In this document: one piece after another, positions 1-8,546 of the stretch
Numbering within the stretch: position 1 is the first letter of the stretch
Layout: each line of letters begins with the position of its first letter
Virus record (IMG/VR): IMGVR_UViG_3300025801_000024
Location: 1 to 34,529 of that record
Direction: 5' to 3' (one strand)
Length of the DNA: 34,529 nt
Origin: a virus
Lineage: Duplodnaviria; Caudoviricetes
Translations under genes and position numbers: made by a program
Notes under the pieces: model-generated
Database searches by the model: none
What the model saw: only the letters and a program-made list of their open reading frames with translations
Told to the model about the DNA's origin: nothing

Positions 1-57
1 GGGCGACGGTGGGGACCCCCCTACCGCCGTAGAAGCATAAGCCCCCCACCCGCACCC

Positions 58-220
58 AAAATCTAGGAATCAGAAAAATCTTAAGAAAATCTAGGAATCA
101 GAAAAATCTTAAGAAAATCTAGGAATCAGAAAAATCTTAAGAAAATCTAGGAATCCGAAAAACCATACGAAACTTCATATCAAAAATCATAAATCTGGAA
201 TTCCATATCAAAAATCATAA
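58..220. repeat. AT-rich 28-bp tandem repeat (AAAATCTAGGAATCAGAAAAATCTTAAG x3 plus a partial 4th), then CATATCAAAAATCATAA x2, also 28 bp apart
   Basis: ATCTAGGAATC starts at 61, 89, 117 and 145; CATATCAAAAATCATAA starts at 176 and 204. Non-coding and far more AT-rich than the GC-rich genome. Confidence 0.95.
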
Positions 221-242
221 GAAGGGGGCGGCGACAAACTGG

Positions 243-271
243 TTGACGGCACCGAAGCAATCGGTTAGCTT
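243..271 (+). promoter_or_regulatory. putative sigma70-type promoter
   Basis: TTGACG (243-248), 17-nt spacer, TAGCTT (266-271), upstream of the first gene of the + strand arm. Confidence 0.55.
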
Positions 272-300
272 TGGTGCTACACACTGAAGAGGAAACAGAG

Positions 301-675
301 ATGGGTATTCCAGATTATGAAGAAGCGAAAAGGGCCGCTGAAAGGTTTGCAACGGGTATTGACCCGTACGACGCACCCCACAATGGTCAGAACGCCAACC
401 GAGCGCAACTCCCGCTGGTTCGCCTGCACGAGAGGCTGCTCCTGGCGATCAACCGGAACCGGGAGGTGGTCTATGCCCTCGACGACTTGCTGGGTAAGGT
501 GCACGACCCGGGATGGGCCCCGCCACCGCGGGCGACGGAGGCGATAGACCTCTCCTTGGTTGAAGTGTTGAACAAAGGTCCCGGTCTTATAAACGAAAAC
601 ACGGAGGCCGCTTTGTTTACGATCAACGCCATCGAGAAGGCGCTGTTCGAGCCGAGAGAGCCGAGCGAAAGCTAG
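301..675 (+). CDS. hypothetical protein
   Basis: ORF; ATG at 301 preceded by the RBS GAGGAAACAGAG. Confidence 0.7.
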   Translation: MGIPDYEEAKRAAERFATGIDPYDAPHNGQNANRAQLPLVRLHERLLLAINRNREVVYALDDLLGKVHDPGWAPPPRATEAIDLSLVEVLNKGPGLINENTEAALFTINAIEKALFEPREPSES

Positions 676-683
676 CTTCTTGC

Positions 684-953
684 TTGGGAATCCGGGATAC
701 TGACGTCGTGTTTTACGTGAGCCTGACGGAGCCGCACCAGGTCAAGACGAGGAAGCTTCACTGGTGCGCTTGGTGCAACGAGCTGATACCCGTTGGCACC
801 GCGGGGATCTGGGCCAGGTCTTATATCTTCGAGGATGGGCCACAGAGCGATTGGATGCACCCGGAATGCTACGAGGCGATGGTGGGGTTGGACCCGGGGG
901 AGCTTAGTGAGGGGTGGATGGCCGGGGATTTTCAAAGAGGTCGGACGGAGTAA
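684..953 (+). CDS. hypothetical Cys/His (Zn-binding-like) phage protein
   Basis: HWCAWC...WMHPEC motif pair; exact start uncertain. Confidence 0.65.
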   Translation: MGIRDTDVVFYVSLTEPHQVKTRKLHWCAWCNELIPVGTAGIWARSYIFEDGPQSDWMHPECYEAMVGLDPGELSEGWMAGDFQRGRTE

Positions 954-960
954 CTTGTAG

Positions 961-1173
961 ATGAGTCAGAACCCTCTGGTGTCGCTGTCCACGGCTGGTT
1001 TTGACGGGCTACAGGTAACCCTTGTTGAGCCGGGGGATGAGAACGCCCCAGAGCCAGGGCATGTGAGCGTAAAAAGGGGCCGGGCTTACGTGCTGAGCCA
1101 AGACTGGGATGCGATGAAGAAGTACTTCCGGAGGCAGGTCTGGGACCAGACATCTTGGGACAATTCAAAATGA
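961..1173 (+). CDS. hypothetical protein
   Basis: ORF with upstream GGAG; ATGA overlap with the next gene. Confidence 0.6.
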   Translation: MSQNPLVSLSTAGFDGLQVTLVEPGDENAPEPGHVSVKRGRAYVLSQDWDAMKKYFRRQVWDQTSWDNSK

Positions 1174-1649
1174 GTCAGAACGCCCTGAAGCGTAACGAGG
1201 TCGCGGGAAGGGAGATCATGCGCAACGTCGGCGATCTCCTGGAGCATCTGCGGATCAACGCATGCCCGGAGTACGCGCTTCCGATTGACGGAACCGAGGC
1301 GAGAATCCTTCCGGGAGACCGCAAGAAGATCACCCCTACGGTCTGGCGCCCGTTCGAGAAAGAGGACATCTCGCGATACGGGCTCCTGATCAACACCTAC
1401 ATGGGCCTGCTCAAGAAGGTGCTGCCCGATCTCAAGGCCGTGGACCACGCCATGGTCGAGGACGTGCGGGACCGGCTCTCGGACCAGGAGCTGGCGCAAA
1501 GGTTGACCTCCCTCGGGGCGAACGTGATCAAGCTCCCGGGGCTCACTGACCAAGGTCAGAGGAAGTTGGCATCGGTCACTCGGTTGCCGCAACGCGGGCA
1601 GCCCACCACTACCACGCTGATGGAATGGGAGAAAGAGAATGGCCAATAA
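1170..1649 (+). CDS. putative terminase small subunit
   Basis: GLLKKVLPDLKAVDH motif followed by a 'LSDQEL' tail, as in TerS-like proteins; upstream of terL; ATG overlaps the previous stop. Confidence 0.55.
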   Translation: MSQNALKRNEVAGREIMRNVGDLLEHLRINACPEYALPIDGTEARILPGDRKKITPTVWRPFEKEDISRYGLLINTYMGLLKKVLPDLKAVDHAMVEDVRDRLSDQELAQRLTSLGANVIKLPGLTDQGQRKLASVTRLPQRGQPTTTTLMEWEKENGQ

Positions 1650-1953
1650 CAGAATGTATCTGGTATACCGCCCGACTGGGGACGCTGTATTCCTCGGAAA
1701 GCGCATGGGTTGGGGGTGGTACGGAACGCCGGAGAATCTGGTGGAGCATATCGCGGCCCTGTTCGATAAAGCGGAAGAGGCTTGTATCCGAGGGAGGTCT
1801 CAGGATGACTTCGCGATCGCGATGGAGTCTGGAGAGGGTCAGCCCTACGTAATTGACGATTGGAAGAGCACCAAGCCGTCGGGCGATACTTGGCCATCTC
1901 TTGTTCTCGATATCGGGGAAGATGTTCCGCGAGGAACTATGCAGAGCATTTAG
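1639..1953 (+). CDS. hypothetical protein
   Basis: 104-aa ORF overlapping the previous gene, with a GGGAG RBS. Confidence 0.7.
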   Translation: MANNRMYLVYRPTGDAVFLGKRMGWGWYGTPENLVEHIAALFDKAEEACIRGRSQDDFAIAMESGEGQPYVIDDWKSTKPSGDTWPSLVLDIGEDVPRGTMQSI

Positions 1954-1982
1954 CTAGCACCGCTGACGGAAGCAACGATTCT

Positions 1983-2300
1983 GAGTGAGTAACCAGACAC
2001 CGCCGACAGAACCAACTCCTCGGAATGAGCCATCCAAAGAGACAGAACCACGAACTTGGAGAGAGCGCAATTCGACCGTCTGAAACAAGGTAATGAAGCG
2101 AGTTATCGGTTAAGACAGAATCACATGAGATGATCGAGGCATTATCCAGAAGAGAGTCGCACAAGGGGATCGAGACACTGAATCCGGACAGAATCAATTA
2201 ACACGAGCGAATTACCGACTCGGATAGAACCAAGAATAGTAAATGAGTCAGACGGACCGAAAGACCAGTAAGACTCGAACGAACCCACGATGTGAGAAAA
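1983..2300 (+). ncRNA. TIGR-like dual-repeat guide RNA array 1 (about 8-9 units of 36-37 nt)
   Basis: GACAGAACC-type repeats at 2005, 2041, 2078, 2114, 2150, 2187, 2223, 2259 alternate with GAATGAGCC/GAACGAACC-type repeats at 1983, 2023, 2059, 2096, 2132, 2168, 2205, 2241, 2277; spacers mostly 9-10 nt. Confidence 0.85.
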
Positions 2301-2301
2301 C

Positions 2302-2502
2302 ATGATTCTAAAGATTGCGAACAAACGTGAGTTGGACGCTTGGATTAACGAGCGAATCCAACTCGGGCATGACATGGTGTCGGTGAGGGGATGCCCTCCG
2401 GACGGTGCGGAGTATGAGGATGGGGGAATAATCACGAAACCGGTTAATGTTACGTGGAAGGATTGCGAAACCGGGGAAACGTTCGGGATAGTGTTCGAAT
2501 GA
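2302..2502 (+). CDS. small hypothetical protein between two TIGR-like arrays
   Basis: 66-aa ORF with GAGAAAAC before the ATG; its stop codon lies inside the first repeat (GAATGAGTA) of array 2. Confidence 0.65.
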   Translation: MILKIANKRELDAWINERIQLGHDMVSVRGCPPDGAEYEDGGIITKPVNVTWKDCETGETFGIVFE

Positions 2503-2686
2503 GTAAGAGTCATTGACAGACTCCCGTAGCGCGAACGAGACAACCGAGATTGTCAGAAACAAGCACGAGGATCGAGACAACCGGCATGAAAGAATAATTC
2601 AAGCGCGAGCGAGTGAAACTGTGCGAGAGAACCGAGAAAGCTAAACGAGTCATCTAAATCGAACACCCAGAGGCCGTGAACGAATT
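2497..2686 (+). ncRNA. TIGR-like dual-repeat guide RNA array 2 (about 5 units)
   Basis: RARYGAG-type repeats at 2497, 2533, 2570, 2607, 2643, 2678 alternate with GAnAGAAnn-type repeats at 2515, 2552, 2588, 2625, 2661; spacers 8-10 nt. Confidence 0.8.
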
Positions 2687-2941
2687 ATGAGTGTGGATAA
2701 AGAGATGCCGAGATACCAGTGCCATAAGCAAGTATGGGCGCTGAAGATACAGAGTATCGAGAGCAGGGGGAACGGCGCGACGATCACGCCGGAGGATCCT
2801 GGTTATGGTCCGTTCGAGGTTTCCGAGGAGTACGTGACCAAGCATGATCCGAAAGCAGGCGGCTACTTCGTTGTCTACGCCGATGGATACCAGTCGTTTT
2901 CGCCGGCTGAGGCGTTAGAGGGCGGCTACACCCGAGTATGA
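2687..2941 (+). CDS. conserved small phage protein with GYxVxYxDGYxSxSP motif (possible anti-defence/sponge-associated domain)
   Basis: GGYFVVYADGYQSFSPAEALEGGY motif, common in phage proteins. Confidence 0.75.
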   Translation: MSVDKEMPRYQCHKQVWALKIQSIESRGNGATITPEDPGYGPFEVSEEYVTKHDPKAGGYFVVYADGYQSFSPAEALEGGYTRV

Positions 2942-4662
2942 CTCAGCTCGCGGTACAGGAAATCAAGAATCTCTCGGACGAGGAGAGGGGCCAGCTTGAG
3001 GACCTGATCGCAAGCTCAGGGTACGCGCTATGGGCGCCGAACCCCGGGCCCCAGTCTCTGGCGTATTACTCGGAGGCTGACGAGCTGTTTTACGGTGGCG
3101 CGGCCGGGGGCGGGAAGTCCGGGCTTATCATTGGTTTGGCGCTCACGAGGCATCAGCGCACCCTGGTCATCCGTAAGGAGTCCACGCAGCTGCGTGGGTT
3201 CATCGACGACGTTGCGCGGGTCATCGGCTCCCGGGATGGGCTCAACAGACAAGACGGCCAGTGGCGGATACCTCCGAAGCTCACTGGAGTCGAGGACCAT
3301 CTGCTTGAATTCGGCGGGGTACCCAACCCTGGGGACGAGGAACGTCACCAGGGAATCCCGCACGATCTCCTGGCGTTCGACGAAGTCACCCAGATCGCCG
3401 AATACATACTCGACTATCTATCCACATGGAATCGTTCCATCAACCCCAAGCAGCGGTGTCGGATCATCCTTGCGGCTAACCCCCCAACACCCTCTACCAT
3501 GCGCGGTGGGGCGTCCAACGGGATTTGGATCATCCGCCGATACGCCCCTTGGCTGGACCCACTCTACCGGGATCCTCTTGGCAAAGGTCGGGCCGAGCCG
3601 GGGGAGCTTCGTTGGTTCGTGACCATCGACGGGAACGAGGAGGAATGGCCGAACGGAATCCCATTCGCTCATTACCCGAGAGGGCATCCGGACCCGGAGT
3701 ACTTCGAGATCATCAAGCCGCGCTCCAGGACCTTCGTGCCGGCTATGGTGACGGACAACCCGTACCTCGCTGGCACCGACTACGTGGCCACGCTACAGAA
3801 GCTTCCAGAGCCTCTCAGGTCGGCCCTGCTCTACGGCGATTTCTCCGTTTCCCTCTCCGATAAGCCGACGCAGCTCTTCCCGACCGAGTGGGTCCGGGAA
3901 GCGATGATCTACTGGGAGAGCTTGAACAAAACGTTTCCTCATCCGACTGCAGCCCCGAACGAGATGACGGCGATTGGGGTGGACGTGTCGCGAGGCGGTG
4001 GGGACGCCACGATCATGGCCCCCAGGCATCACTTCTTCTACGACACCTTGAAGGAGATACCGAGCGTACAGACGCTTAACGGGGCCTCTGTGGCGGCGCG
4101 GGTGATCGAGGCGCACCGGGGTCAGGCGGTCGCCGTTATCGACGCCAACGGCGTGGGGGCTTCCGCCTACGATCACCTCCGCAACACGACGGCCCTGCAT
4201 AGCCAGGGTCTCCTCAAGGGATATGTCGGCTCGGAGAAAGCCTGGCTTCGGGACAGGTCCGGCCGGTACGAGTTTCTCAACCTGCGTTCACAGAGCTATT
4301 GGAAGCTCCGTGAGCAGCTCGACCCGACATCTCCTGAACGGATAGCCCTTCCCCCGGATGACAAGCTCCTTGAGGAGCTGACGGTTCACACATGGGTTGA
4401 GCAGGGGGGTAAGATCCACGTCCTTCGGAAAGAAGACGTGACGAAGCTTCTGGGGCGAAGCCCCGACCGAGCGGACTCCGTGGTCATGGCCTCGACGGTG
4501 CGTGATGACAGAGCGCCAACGGTCAGAGACAACATCGCGGCGCGGGCGGCACGGGTGGCCGATGCCGATATCAACCAACAGGGAAGGCGGCGGGGGCCGT
4601 CTCGGGAGGCCATAGAGGCTTCCTGGTCTGACAATGTGTTACCTTACCCGAGACGACGGTAG
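2938..4662 (+). CDS. terL: terminase large subunit
   Basis: Walker A YGGAAGGGKS, Walker B LLAFDE, coupling motif AANP, nuclease motifs IGVDVSRGGGD and GRSPDRADS. Confidence 0.95.
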   Translation: MTQLAVQEIKNLSDEERGQLEDLIASSGYALWAPNPGPQSLAYYSEADELFYGGAAGGGKSGLIIGLALTRHQRTLVIRKESTQLRGFIDDVARVIGSRDGLNRQDGQWRIPPKLTGVEDHLLEFGGVPNPGDEERHQGIPHDLLAFDEVTQIAEYILDYLSTWNRSINPKQRCRIILAANPPTPSTMRGGASNGIWIIRRYAPWLDPLYRDPLGKGRAEPGELRWFVTIDGNEEEWPNGIPFAHYPRGHPDPEYFEIIKPRSRTFVPAMVTDNPYLAGTDYVATLQKLPEPLRSALLYGDFSVSLSDKPTQLFPTEWVREAMIYWESLNKTFPHPTAAPNEMTAIGVDVSRGGGDATIMAPRHHFFYDTLKEIPSVQTLNGASVAARVIEAHRGQAVAVIDANGVGASAYDHLRNTTALHSQGLLKGYVGSEKAWLRDRSGRYEFLNLRSQSYWKLREQLDPTSPERIALPPDDKLLEELTVHTWVEQGGKIHVLRKEDVTKLLGRSPDRADSVVMASTVRDDRAPTVRDNIAARAARVADADINQQGRRRGPSREAIEASWSDNVLPYPRRR

Positions 4663-4673
4663 CTGGAAATAAG

Positions 4674-6995
4674 ATGAGCAAAATCGAGTTTGCGGATAAG
4701 AAGCCTTTGACTCGGGATGAGGTCCACCAGGCGGCGGTGGCCGAGCTGCGTACCAACCTCTTCATGCAGGAGGATGATCTGCAGGAGAATTGGGAAGGCG
4801 CTTACGCCTATTACAAGGTGGAAGCCCCCGGGCCGGATGGGGTGAATACCTCGGACGCAAAGTCTTCTGACGTATCCGATACCATCGAATGGATTCTTCC
4901 TGCCGTTCTCAAGCCGCTGGTCGAGTCTCCCGATGTCGTGCGATTCGATCCGGTGCATCCGGAAGACGAGGACCAGGCCGCACTCGAATCGGATTACGTG
5001 CATCATACGTTCATGAAGAAGTGCAAGGGTTTCTTGAAGCTCTACGTCCACATCAAGGACGCGCTGCTTCTGAAGAACTCGATTTTTTGCACCTACTGGG
5101 ACGAAGGGATAACGAATCAGCTTGAGGAATATGAGAACGTCACGGAGGTCGGACTCGCGAACCTGATGGTCCCGGATGACGGGTCTGAAGTCCGGCTTAT
5201 CTCATCCGAGGAACGCACTGAGCCGGTATCCGATCCGATCACCGGGTCCATTCTGATGCAACCGGACCCCGTAAATCCCGAGACCCTTGTCCCGGTTACC
5301 CAGACGCTTTACGACGTGAAGATACGCCGGTTCACCCCCAACGGGGCGCCGGTTGTCGAGAACTGCGTTCCGGAGATGTTCAAGGTTCGGTTCAACCACG
5401 ACAGCCTGGACCTCGACGACTGCCGCTGGTGCTGTTACACCATGAACAAGACCAGGTCTGAGCTGTACGCCTACGGTTACGACGAGGACTTGATTGACGA
5501 GATTCCAGTTTCCGAGTCGAGTTATTCACAGATCAATAATTCAGTCCGATACGCCAGGGAGGACATAGAACGTACAGCGAACTCCCTCGGGGGAGAGCGT
5601 AACGAGACGGGGGACCCGTCGCAGGACATGCTGGAGGTCAGCCGGGTTTACATGACCTTGGACACGGACGGCGACGGCTACGAGGAGAAGCTTCTGGTTA
5701 TCCTCGGGGGCGAGGAAGGCGACGTTCTTCTCGACTATTACGAGGTCCCAGAGAACCCGTTCAGCGCAAGCTCCCCATTCATAGCCGGTCACAAGTTCTA
5801 CGGCTACTCCTTGTACGACAAGCTCAAGGAGTTGACCGATCAGAAGACTGATGTCCTCCGCAAGCTTACGGACAACCTCGACCTCCAGAACAACCCCCGC
5901 AAGAAGGTCTTGATTGGGCAAGCCAATCTGACCGATCTACTGACGATACAGCCGGGGGGACTTTACCGGATGGAGCAGATCGGCGCGGTGGAGGAGATGC
6001 CGTCCCCCGACATCTCCAGGACTTCCGACATGCTTCTTCGGTACTACGATAAGGTCCGAGCGGAAAGGACTGGGGCCGATCCGAACGCCCAAAGTATTGT
6101 GGACCTGATGCCAGAGGAGTCAATGAACTCCGCGGTGGAGCGGGTGATCTCGATGAAGGAGGAGCTGGTTGGGCTCATCATCAGGGTCTTCGCCGAGACT
6201 GGTGTCCGGAGCATGTTCCTGAAGCTTCGGAACCTGATGCTCAGGCACATGCCGCGAACGGAGCTGGTTCAGCTTAGGAACAAGTGGGCCCAGGTAAATC
6301 CGGGGAACTGGATTGAGCGCACCAACACGACGATCGTAGTCGGGCTTGGCACCGGGGACCGGATCAAGAAAACCCAAGGTCTGGGGATGATTCTCGGGAT
6401 CCAGAAGGAGCTTGCGCAAGGTGGGTTCCTGGGGCCGCTGGTGAGCGCCGAGAGGATCAACCACACGCTCTCTGAGCTGATCCGGGTGCAGGGGCTCGGG
6501 GATCCGGACGACTTTATTCTGAGCCCGGCGCTCTTGGATCCGGAGAATGTCGCCAAGAACCCGAAGCGGGCGGAAGAAGCCATGCGGGCGCATCAGATGC
6601 GCCAGCATCAAGAGCAACAGCAGGCCCAGCAGGCCCAGGCGCAACAGCAGGCCCAGCAGGCCCAGCAGCAAGCCTTACTCCAGGCCCAACAGCAGATCGA
6701 ACAGACACGAGCTGAGACGAAGCGTTACGAGACCGACAGCAAAGCCAAATCCCAGGTTCAGCAGGCGATACTCAAGCAGCAGGAGGCTTCGCAGAAGGCT
6801 CGGCAGGAAATGCAGAAGCTTCATCAGGATATGGCCAAGTTCATGGAGGAGATGCGGTTGAAGTGGGCCGAGCTGGCGTCGAAGGAGGGGATCGAGGACG
6901 CCAAGATGGCAGCCGGGATAAGCGGGACTCTGATCTCTGAAGGAATCAAGGCGAAAGCGGCCCAGCAGAAACAAGAAACTGGAGACGATGACTGA
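4674..6995 (+). CDS. portal protein (podovirus type) with Gln-rich C-terminal coiled coil
   Basis: 773 aa directly after terL; SSDVSDTIEWILP...DEDQAALESDYV portal-like motifs; long Q/A helical tail. Confidence 0.9.
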   Translation: MSKIEFADKKPLTRDEVHQAAVAELRTNLFMQEDDLQENWEGAYAYYKVEAPGPDGVNTSDAKSSDVSDTIEWILPAVLKPLVESPDVVRFDPVHPEDEDQAALESDYVHHTFMKKCKGFLKLYVHIKDALLLKNSIFCTYWDEGITNQLEEYENVTEVGLANLMVPDDGSEVRLISSEERTEPVSDPITGSILMQPDPVNPETLVPVTQTLYDVKIRRFTPNGAPVVENCVPEMFKVRFNHDSLDLDDCRWCCYTMNKTRSELYAYGYDEDLIDEIPVSESSYSQINNSVRYAREDIERTANSLGGERNETGDPSQDMLEVSRVYMTLDTDGDGYEEKLLVILGGEEGDVLLDYYEVPENPFSASSPFIAGHKFYGYSLYDKLKELTDQKTDVLRKLTDNLDLQNNPRKKVLIGQANLTDLLTIQPGGLYRMEQIGAVEEMPSPDISRTSDMLLRYYDKVRAERTGADPNAQSIVDLMPEESMNSAVERVISMKEELVGLIIRVFAETGVRSMFLKLRNLMLRHMPRTELVQLRNKWAQVNPGNWIERTNTTIVVGLGTGDRIKKTQGLGMILGIQKELAQGGFLGPLVSAERINHTLSELIRVQGLGDPDDFILSPALLDPENVAKNPKRAEEAMRAHQMRQHQEQQQAQQAQAQQQAQQAQQQALLQAQQQIEQTRAETKRYETDSKAKSQVQQAILKQQEASQKARQEMQKLHQDMAKFMEEMRLKWAELASKEGIEDAKMAAGISGTLISEGIKAKAAQQKQETGDDD

Positions 6996-7339
6996 TGGAC
7001 ATCAAAGACCCCTTGCGCCGGGCGCCGGCTTCGTTCTCCGAGTGGCTCGATACCTTCACGGTAGAGGACGAGGACGAACGGCTTCGGCTCGCGGTGGCGG
7101 CGGATGCACTCCGATCGAACCCCGTGTTCGTGCGGGTGGTGAATCATCTTGAGGCAATTTCGCTCAAGGCTATTCACGATTGCCCAGTAGGAAACCGGGA
7201 TCTTTTGTTCGACGCGAAGGTTTTGCTTGACGCAGTACGGAACATCCGGGGCCGGATAGATGCGCTCGCCGAGGAAAAGAAGCTTGCGGAATTGCGAAGC
7301 AAGAAGGCGGATGGATTCGCAAGAATTCCAGACAAATAG
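6995..7339 (+). CDS. hypothetical head-module protein
   Basis: translationally coupled to portal (TGATG); lies between portal and scaffold. Confidence 0.75.
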   Translation: MDIKDPLRRAPASFSEWLDTFTVEDEDERLRLAVAADALRSNPVFVRVVNHLEAISLKAIHDCPVGNRDLLFDAKVLLDAVRNIRGRIDALAEEKKLAELRSKKADGFARIPDK

Positions 7340-7367
7340 TTGACGTTTTCATAACTTTATGTAAGGT
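7340..7367 (+). promoter_or_regulatory. possible promoter for the scaffold-capsid genes
   Basis: TTGACG (7340-7345), 16 nt, TAAGGT (7362-7367) in an AT-rich gap; AAGGTG could instead be just the RBS. Confidence 0.35.
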
Positions 7368-7373
7368 GATGGT

Positions 7374-8540
7374 ATGGCCGGGGAATCAGCACAAAAGACA
7401 GATAACGTGACCACAATGGAGGGCTTCATTGAGAAGCATGGAGTCGATGGCGCGTTAAACGACCTGAACTCTTCGGGTGTTCGCCAGGAGGATTCTTCTG
7501 GGCGGGCTCCGGATACTCGCCCCCGGGAAACTTCGGGGTCTCCTGGCAAGCTTTCCTCAGACGACCCCGGGGACGAGTATCCAGAGCTTGACGTGGCCAC
7601 GCTCAGAGAGCTTGGTCTCGCGAGCGAAGAGGAGGGGGAGCCTGCCGATGCCCCTTCTTCAGACGACGTAGACGACACCGCGCAAGACGACCTGGACTTA
7701 GGCGCCTTTGCCAAGCATCTTGGTGTGGATCCCAAGGACCTTGTAAACGATCAAGGGACCTTGAAGGTTCGAACCAAGGTGGACGGGGAGGAGGGTCTGA
7801 CACCCTTGGTAGACTTGCGGACGGGTTACCAACTGCGGCAGCACTTTACTCGGCAAAACGAAGCGTTTCTCCAACAGCGTCAAGCCTGGGAAGAGGCCCA
7901 GAAGCAACAGATCCAGGAACACCAGCAACACGTTGCCGTTGCAAACCAGATTCTGCTCTCCGATGAGCAGGCCATTGTCCAGAAGTATCAGGCGATGGAC
8001 TGGAACGGGCTACGTGAAACGGACCCAGCGGAATTCGCTGCGAGACAACAGGACTTCCAGCGGGAGGTCCAGCAGGTCCGCGGTCGCCGGGCGCAGATCC
8101 TTCAAGGATTCTCGAATCGGGTGAATGAGTTCACCCGTGCCCAGGGGGAGCAACTTCGCCAACTGAGCGAGGTTGGTGCGAAAGAGCTGGCCCAGTTAGA
8201 AGGATGGAAGGACGAGGAATCCTTTTCGAAGGGGTCCGCGGAACTCCGTGATTACCTGGTGAACAAGGTCCGGATGCCTCCGCAAGTGGTGGGCAATCTG
8301 GTAGACCCGTATCTGTTGCATACGCTGAACAAGGCGGCGAAGTTCGACAAGCTGATGGCTCGTGTTTCGCAAGCGAAACGAGTGCAGCCTGTCGGGAAGA
8401 TGCCCGCCGGAGGAACGCCGAAAACAAGCGGTGGTGGCCGGAAGCAGAAGATCCAGAAAAGCCTTGACCAAGTACGGGCAGACGGATCGGTGGAATCTGC
8501 GGCTATCGCCTTTCAGCAGTTGGGCGTTCTACGAGAGTAA
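7374..8540 (+). CDS. capsid scaffolding protein
   Basis: acidic disordered N-terminus, KVDGEEGLTPLVDLRTGYQLRQHFTRQ motif, coiled coil, DWNGLRETDPAEF; directly before the capsid gene. Confidence 0.85.
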   Translation: MAGESAQKTDNVTTMEGFIEKHGVDGALNDLNSSGVRQEDSSGRAPDTRPRETSGSPGKLSSDDPGDEYPELDVATLRELGLASEEEGEPADAPSSDDVDDTAQDDLDLGAFAKHLGVDPKDLVNDQGTLKVRTKVDGEEGLTPLVDLRTGYQLRQHFTRQNEAFLQQRQAWEEAQKQQIQEHQQHVAVANQILLSDEQAIVQKYQAMDWNGLRETDPAEFAARQQDFQREVQQVRGRRAQILQGFSNRVNEFTRAQGEQLRQLSEVGAKELAQLEGWKDEESFSKGSAELRDYLVNKVRMPPQVVGNLVDPYLLHTLNKAAKFDKLMARVSQAKRVQPVGKMPAGGTPKTSGGGRKQKIQKSLDQVRADGSVESAAIAFQQLGVLRE

Positions 8541-8546
8541 AAGACA

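Noticed and set aside
58-160. Mini-CRISPR or TIGR array
   Set aside because: Perfect tandem copies with no variable spacers
961-1181. Identical first 12 nt (ATGAGTCAGAAC) of two adjacent genes, resembling an array repeat
   Set aside because: Short, not followed by periodic repeats, and the proteins are otherwise unrelated
2142-2543. Minus-strand ORFs over arrays 1-2
   Set aside because: Ser-rich translations without motifs, antisense to the operon; better explained by the arrays
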